DNA of 64,000 bases from Arenicellales bacterium (lineage in GTDB: Bacteria; Pseudomonadota; Gammaproteobacteria; Arenicellales; JAHEKD01). The translations under genes and the position numbers were made by a program. Numbering within the stretch: the first letter of the stretch is position 1; each line of letters starts with the position of its first letter. Of this stretch, positions 58,976-64,000 are shown piece after piece. The stretch covers positions 270,762 through 334,761 of the forward strand of contig JANQSD010000019.1 of NCBI GenBank assembly GCA_028284225.1. Direction: 5' to 3'. The notes beneath the pieces were generated by a model that did no database searches, was not told the DNA's origin, and worked only from the letters and a program-made list of their open reading frames with translations.

Positions 58976-59617
58976 TTACACGTCTTGTGGAGATGGTGAA
59001 TAGTTAAAGGCTTCAAAGTCGGCAGCATAGACATCCTGAATAATCTGTATCATTTCATTTGAGTAAATTTCTGCCGGGTGAGTTTGTGGCCGCATGGGGT
59101 GAATAATTTTATTATGGTGCTTTGGGTTGGTATCTAAGCCCAAGCGTTGCTTGATTGGATTCAAGCATTGGGGTAAATGCTCAAATTTGACGATTTGATC
59201 ACAAACACAATGCTGATCCAGGTGAGTATAAAAAACCTGAGGAATATGGTGGCTGCCCAGATAAAGATACTTGGCCGTTAACAACCGTGGTAATGACTTG
59301 ATATAGTTTTGGAATGAACCATGTTGCTTTTGGTGTTGGTCATAGAGGTAATAATATACAGATATTGCACGGGTGAATGGATTTCTGACAATGCTGAATT
59401 TAAAGTAGTTTTCAAATATCTCCGTGGCGGTTAACTCCTTAACCAATTCGACACTGGCATGCTGCAGATAGACACCTCTCTCTCTGTCCCAACCAAACAT
59501 CACTTTTCTATTGGTCTTGCGAGCATCATAATTTGAGGGGTCCAGCCATTTCTCTACTGACACCCCTGCAGTTTTACCAATATGAAAAAAAATGGCTCGA
59601 TGGTGGTGAAAAATCAT
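58976..59617 (-). CDS. Sulfotransferase-family protein (family 2-like)
   Basis: 213 aa. N-terminal PAPS-binding-like loop 'FFHIGKTAGVSVEKWL'. It starts 9 nt after the betC stop. Confidence 0.6.
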   Translation of the reverse strand: MIFHHHRAIFFHIGKTAGVSVEKWLDPSNYDARKTNRKVMFGWDRERGVYLQHASVELVKELTATEIFENYFKFSIVRNPFTRAISVYYYLYDQHQKQHGSFQNYIKSLPRLLTAKYLYLGSHHIPQVFYTHLDQHCVCDQIVKFEHLPQCLNPIKQRLGLDTNPKHHNKIIHPMRPQTHPAEIYSNEMIQIIQDVYAADFEAFNYSPSPQDV

Positions 59618-59625
59618 TATCGATA

Positions 59626-61149
59626 TTAGTCTTTTGGATAGCGAGCATTGGTTTCAACCACATTCAAGTCCATGTGATTGCGCATATAGCGTTCAGACGC
59701 TTTTTGCAGTGGTTGGTAATCCCAGGGGTAATAGTCACCGTTTCTTAATGCCTCATAAACCACCCAGCGCCTGGCTTGCGATTCCCTGACCTGGGAATCA
59801 AATTCGTGCATATCCCAGCGTTGATCAGCGATTTGTTTTAATTCGTTGAGTTTATCTTGGGTAGATGGGTCATCAGCTAAATTGCGTAATTCATTAGGAT
59901 CATCGCTAAGGTTGAACAGTTGGGGAGGGTCTAGTTCACACTGAATATATTTCCATTCATCTTTAACTACGCCTGCCAGAGGGGCATAAGAAGCTTCCGC
60001 TGCGTATTCCATGAGTACAGCTGAGGTGCGTGGTTTGCCATTGGCAAGATCTAAAATGCTTTCACCATCAGTCCAGGGCAGGACTTCAGATAAATCCACA
60101 TTGGCTAAATCGGCAAGCGTTGGAGTAATGTCCATAGTGGATACGGGCGATTCAACCAGGCCTGCTTGCATGGCAGGTGCACAAATCATTAATGGCACGC
60201 GCGATGAGCCTTCAAAAAATGTCATTTTGAACCATAACCCACGTTCGCCGATCATATCGCCGTGATCAGAAGTGAAAACGATAATAGTATCTTGCTCCTG
60301 GTCCGTATTCCTCAACGCTTCCATGACTTCACCGATTTTGTCATCCAGATATGAAATATTGGCAAAATAAGCACGGCGTGAGTCTTTTATATTCTGTTCG
60401 CTGATATCATAGCTGCGCCAGTCGTTAGCATCAAAAATACGTTTGGAGTGAGCGTCCTGGTTTTCGTAGCCCAGGTTTTGAACTTGAGGTAATAGATGAT
60501 CACAGTCAGCATACAAATCCCAGTATTTTCTACGCGCTATATAAGGGTCATGTGGATGAGTGAAACTAACCGTTAAACACCAAGGACGGTCATCTTTGCT
60601 TCTGGCAAGATCGTAAACTTTACGTGTTGCATGATAGGCAACTTCGTCATCATACTCGAGCTGGTTGGAAATTTCCGCTATACCGGCTCCGGTTACACTG
60701 CTCATATTATGGTACCACCAGTCAATACGTTCTCCCGGCTTGCGATAATCAGGCGTCCAGCCAAAATCTGCCGGGTAAATATCAGTGGTCAGGCGTTGTT
60801 CAAATCCATGTAATTGGTCCGGGCCTACAAAATGCATTTTACCGGACAGGCAGGTATGATAACCGGCACGTCTTAAATGGTGGGCATAAGTTGGGATAGC
60901 CGAGGTAAATTCAGCCGCATTATCATAAACACATGTTCGCGAGGGTAACTGGCCGGCCATAAAGCTGGCGCGTCCAGGTGCACATAGCGGCGAAGCAGTA
61001 TAAGTTCGTGAAAAACGCGTTGATTTTTGTGCCAGGTTCTTTAGATTCGGTGTATGCAGCCAATCGGCAGGCCCATCAGGAAATAAAGTGCCGTTCAATT
61101 GATCCACCATGAAAATCAGGATATTCGGTCGCTGTACTTGTGTTGACAT
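59626..61149 (-). CDS. betC: Choline-sulfatase
   Basis: ATG at 61149 (the longer ORF begins with TTG at 61188). 'PNILIFMVDQLNG', FGly motif 'SPLCAPGRASFMAGQ', 'DIYPADFGWTPDYRKPGERIDWWYHN', 'ESQARRWVVYEALRNG'. It is collinear with Sinorhizobium BetC as I remember it. Confidence 0.9.
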   Translation of the reverse strand: MSTQVQRPNILIFMVDQLNGTLFPDGPADWLHTPNLKNLAQKSTRFSRTYTASPLCAPGRASFMAGQLPSRTCVYDNAAEFTSAIPTYAHHLRRAGYHTCLSGKMHFVGPDQLHGFEQRLTTDIYPADFGWTPDYRKPGERIDWWYHNMSSVTGAGIAEISNQLEYDDEVAYHATRKVYDLARSKDDRPWCLTVSFTHPHDPYIARRKYWDLYADCDHLLPQVQNLGYENQDAHSKRIFDANDWRSYDISEQNIKDSRRAYFANISYLDDKIGEVMEALRNTDQEQDTIIVFTSDHGDMIGERGLWFKMTFFEGSSRVPLMICAPAMQAGLVESPVSTMDITPTLADLANVDLSEVLPWTDGESILDLANGKPRTSAVLMEYAAEASYAPLAGVVKDEWKYIQCELDPPQLFNLSDDPNELRNLADDPSTQDKLNELKQIADQRWDMHEFDSQVRESQARRWVVYEALRNGDYYPWDYQPLQKASERYMRNHMDLNVVETNARYPKD

Positions 61150-61276
61150 GTGGCTTTCTCGGAAAATTTTCAGCCGAGTATAGGGCAAGATTCAGGCCCA
61201 ACAAAGCTAGATTTATTCCTCTGTCTTTTATTTATGGTTAAAATTCACTTTTCTTAAAGATCGACAGAGAATAATC

Positions 61277-61804
61277 ATGAAAGTATTAGCATTTGCGGCG
61301 AGTAGCAGCTCCAAGTCAATCAACAAAAAATTAGTCAGCTATGCAGCCAGTCTGGTAGACGGTGCAGAAGTGGAAGTCCTGGATTTGAACGATTATGAGA
61401 TGCCCTTGTTCAGTCAGGACAGAGAGCAGGAATTGGGTCAACCGCAGTTAGCGCAAGACTTTTTTGCCAAAATCGGCAATGCCGATGCTGTAATGATTTC
61501 ATTCGCCGAGCATAATGGTTCCTATTCTGCAGCTTATAAAAACCTATTCGACTGGTGCTCGCGTATCAACTCTAAAGTTTATCAAGGCAAACCGATGGTG
61601 CTGTTATCTACATCCCCAGGGCCGGGTGGGGCGGGTAGTGTTTTGGCTGCTGCAACAAATTCGATGCAATTTTTTGACGGTGATGTTAAGGCAACTTTAT
61701 CGGTGCCCAGTTTTAATGATAATTTTGATATCGAGAATGGCGCACTTAGCAACTTAGATCTCGACGCAAAATTGCGAGAGGCCGTTGCTAGTCTGACCAG
61801 TTGA
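61277..61804 (+). CDS. NAD(P)H-dependent FMN reductase-family oxidoreductase
   Basis: 175 aa. 'MKVLAFAASSSSKSINKKL' flavodoxin-like N-terminus, 'FAEHNGSYSAAYKN'. Confidence 0.8.
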   Translation: MKVLAFAASSSSKSINKKLVSYAASLVDGAEVEVLDLNDYEMPLFSQDREQELGQPQLAQDFFAKIGNADAVMISFAEHNGSYSAAYKNLFDWCSRINSKVYQGKPMVLLSTSPGPGGAGSVLAAATNSMQFFDGDVKATLSVPSFNDNFDIENGALSNLDLDAKLREAVASLTS

Positions 61805-62438
61805 TAACAGACCCTAACCGCCAGAGCAGTTGATCGAATCGATCCTGGCCGTAAAACGCTTCGTTGTTATAAACATAACAGGGCACGCCCCAGTGTCCGG
61901 CGTCGATCATTGTTTGGTGATTGGTTGCAAAAATATCATCATAGCGGTATTTGTTTGCTTGCATGTGCTTAATCAGCCGGGTGTAATTAACTTCGGCTCG
62001 TTCAATTGCATGTTCAAGATGATTATCTTGATGCCAGTTTTTGGTTTTGCCGTCCCATATCAAGCGAGCGACTTGATCTAAGAACGACCACCCCTGATCC
62101 AGTTCATTAGCAGCTTGAGTTAGATAGTTGAGCTTATCGATTCTGGGTTGCCTTGCCGCAGCTATCCACATGCTGCCGGGCATAAACTCGACCGGATTAG
62201 GATCGGGCTCAGCGAAATCCAGACCCAGGAATTGTGCAGTGCGTTCAACATCGCGATTAAAATAATTGATTTCCAGCTGACCACGGTCAGCAAAAGCATC
62301 TGCTATTCGCAACACACCGGGTAAGACGACATTTAACCTTACATCAACGTCCTTATAAGTATTTAATTTTATTAATCGGTCCAGTGTGAAATAGCAATAA
62401 GGGCTTTGATGCGAGAAGAAAAAATCAACTACCTTCAT
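61788..62438 (-). CDS. DsbA-like thioredoxin-fold protein (2-hydroxychromene-2-carboxylate isomerase family)
   Basis: 216 aa. 'DFFFSHQSPYCYF' N-terminal motif. 17-nt convergent overlap with the FMN reductase gene. Confidence 0.75.
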   Translation of the reverse strand: MKVVDFFFSHQSPYCYFTLDRLIKLNTYKDVDVRLNVVLPGVLRIADAFADRGQLEINYFNRDVERTAQFLGLDFAEPDPNPVEFMPGSMWIAAARQPRIDKLNYLTQAANELDQGWSFLDQVARLIWDGKTKNWHQDNHLEHAIERAEVNYTRLIKHMQANKYRYDDIFATNHQTMIDAGHWGVPCYVYNNEAFYGQDRFDQLLWRLGSVINWSD

Positions 62439-62527
62439 TTATATATTCCGTCGATTTTGTTTGAATGTGTTAACACAACTGCAATACTTTGATGTTATGC
62501 TTGAGGTTGTTGTAAATATATAGCTAA

Positions 62528-63901
62528 ATGCTTTTTATGGCACGAAAAAATAAGTTACTCACAACCGTTACCACGAAACCTCAGCCCGCCCGTAAAGTAT
62601 TCATTCTCGACACCAATATTCTCCTGGTCGATCCATATGCGATCGATACGTTTGAGGATAATATCGTCGTTGTCAGTATGACAGTGATGGAAGAATTGGA
62701 TGGTTTAAAAAAGCGCAGCAATACTGAATATGAGGCACGTCAGGCGATTAATGCAATTATGGAATTGACGACGTCTAAAAAACCGGGACGGCAAATTCAA
62801 TTGCGCAACGGTGGCTGTTTTATTCTGGAAAGTATGGAGTTTCGCTCAGCAGATTTAAAAGACTTTCAGTTGAATCTGGAAAAACCGGACAACCGCATTA
62901 TTGCCACAGCCATTAAATATCGTCAGGACAAAGATTATCCTGATCGGGTGGTGATAGTCAGTAATGACTCTGCAGTGAGGATTAAAGCCCATGCGATTGG
63001 CATAGCATCAGAAGAATATGCAGCGGCGAATTACAGTAACGGTGTTGATCATCTCTATCAGGCCCCTACTGAAATTGGTTTAACTGAGCAGCAGATTAAT
63101 GATTGGGTTAAGGGTAAGACTGTTAGCTATGAACAAATTTCAGATCAACCTGTTTTGGTGTCTTTAGGTAAAAATCAATGGTCAAGCGGGTATGTTAAAA
63201 AGGGTGAGCTAAAACCCTATGGGGCATTGATCAGCGAGCTGGTTCAGCCCCTGAATGCGCAGCAGGAACTAGCGTTGCAAGTGACCTTTGACACTAACAA
63301 TAAGATCGTAGCTTTAACGGGTCAGGCCGGTACCGGGAAAACTATTTTAGCCTTGGCTGTAGCGATTGAGGACAAACTGCTGAAAAACCATCCCGGTAAA
63401 GTTTATATCTTCAGGCCTAACGATCAGCTTGCCGATGACATTGGATTTTTACCGGGTAACCTTGATGAAAAATTTAATCCATACAAGCGTGCTATTCGCG
63501 ATGCGTATGAGGTTTTGCAGCAATCCGGTGCCGGGCTGAAAAAATCACGCAAATTGCAGGATTTTGATTCTCTCACCAATGATGCCGGTGGCGGAAAGAT
63601 GCCGATTCTGCCTATTAATTTTATTCGTGGCAGTACCTTGCATAACGCTTATATCATTATTGATGAAGCACAGAACTTCACTGCTCACCAAATGAAAACT
63701 ATATTGACTCGTGCAGGGCGTAACACCAGAGTAATTATTACCGGTGATCCAGACCAAATTGATAATCGCTTTTTAACCAAACGCTCATGTGGACTTACCA
63801 ATGTAATCGGAAAAATGCGCGGCAACAAAATTTTTTCGCATGTTAACTTGACTCAGGGCGAGCGATCAGAGGTTGCTACAATCGCAGCTGAGTTGTTATA
63901 G
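62528..63901 (+). CDS. PIN-domain + PhoH-like ATPase (YlaK-type)
   Basis: 457 aa. N-terminal PIN ('VFILDTNILLVDP', 'DNRIIA'). C-terminal PhoH P-loop 'GQAGTGKT', 'IIIDEAQN', 'TGDPDQID'. Confidence 0.88.
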   Translation: MLFMARKNKLLTTVTTKPQPARKVFILDTNILLVDPYAIDTFEDNIVVVSMTVMEELDGLKKRSNTEYEARQAINAIMELTTSKKPGRQIQLRNGGCFILESMEFRSADLKDFQLNLEKPDNRIIATAIKYRQDKDYPDRVVIVSNDSAVRIKAHAIGIASEEYAAANYSNGVDHLYQAPTEIGLTEQQINDWVKGKTVSYEQISDQPVLVSLGKNQWSSGYVKKGELKPYGALISELVQPLNAQQELALQVTFDTNNKIVALTGQAGTGKTILALAVAIEDKLLKNHPGKVYIFRPNDQLADDIGFLPGNLDEKFNPYKRAIRDAYEVLQQSGAGLKKSRKLQDFDSLTNDAGGGKMPILPINFIRGSTLHNAYIIIDEAQNFTAHQMKTILTRAGRNTRVIITGDPDQIDNRFLTKRSCGLTNVIGKMRGNKIFSHVNLTQGERSEVATIAAELL

Positions 63902-64000
63902 ATATTTAGTTTCTAGTTGATTTAATTATCCTGTTAACTGTTTAAATCGTCATGCCGGAAATACGGCAGCTTTATCCGGTGCCCATATTATGGTCAGTGA

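Overview
This 64 kb window reads as a chromosomal region from a moderately AT-rich Gram-negative bacterium. The gene content looks gammaproteobacterial, which is an inference. Coding density is high and most genes are housekeeping or metabolic.

Main blocks:
- A YejABEF-like peptide ABC importer (9.7-15.6 kb).
- A large fatty-acid beta-oxidation block (20.4-36.2 kb): acyl-CoA synthetase, aldehyde dehydrogenase, fadE, a TetR regulator, fadD, fadH, a 786-aa dehydrogenase/hydratase fusion and a thiolase.
- A choline-sulfatase (betC) plus sulfotransferase pair.
- Several regulators (TetR, ArsR, PucR-like, Lrp) and transporters.

By eye I found no rRNA, tRNA, CRISPR array, integrase, transposase or prophage genes.

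Loci that the ordinary annotation does not explain:
1. An orphan rtcB RNA-ligase locus (43.9-47.9 kb). It has two unrecognisable co-directional ORFs, 98-bp tandem repeats, and a structured leader plus intrinsic terminator directly upstream of rtcB.
2. A signal-less SBP56 (selenium-binding / methanethiol-oxidase family) operon with a CoA-binding protein and a 2Fe-2S ferredoxin. It sits divergent from a tandem-GFA protein and an AhpD-like protein. The conserved SBP56 N-terminus lies upstream of any ATG/GTG/TTG start.
3. A 1403-aa signal-less subtilase-vWA fusion, next to an extremely AT-rich intergenic region and an alpha/beta hydrolase.
4. A Cys-rich DUF1326/DUF2182 pair beside an ArsR/ArsP-like module with a duplicated operator-like box.
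5. A 579-aa isocitrate-dehydrogenase-like protein with an internal duplication.
6. A frameshifted acyltransferase.
7. Several long inverted-repeat elements and at least three dispersed REP-like repeat families in intergenic DNA.

None of these can be shown to be a new system from sequence alone. Function calls rest on motifs I recognise, not on searches.
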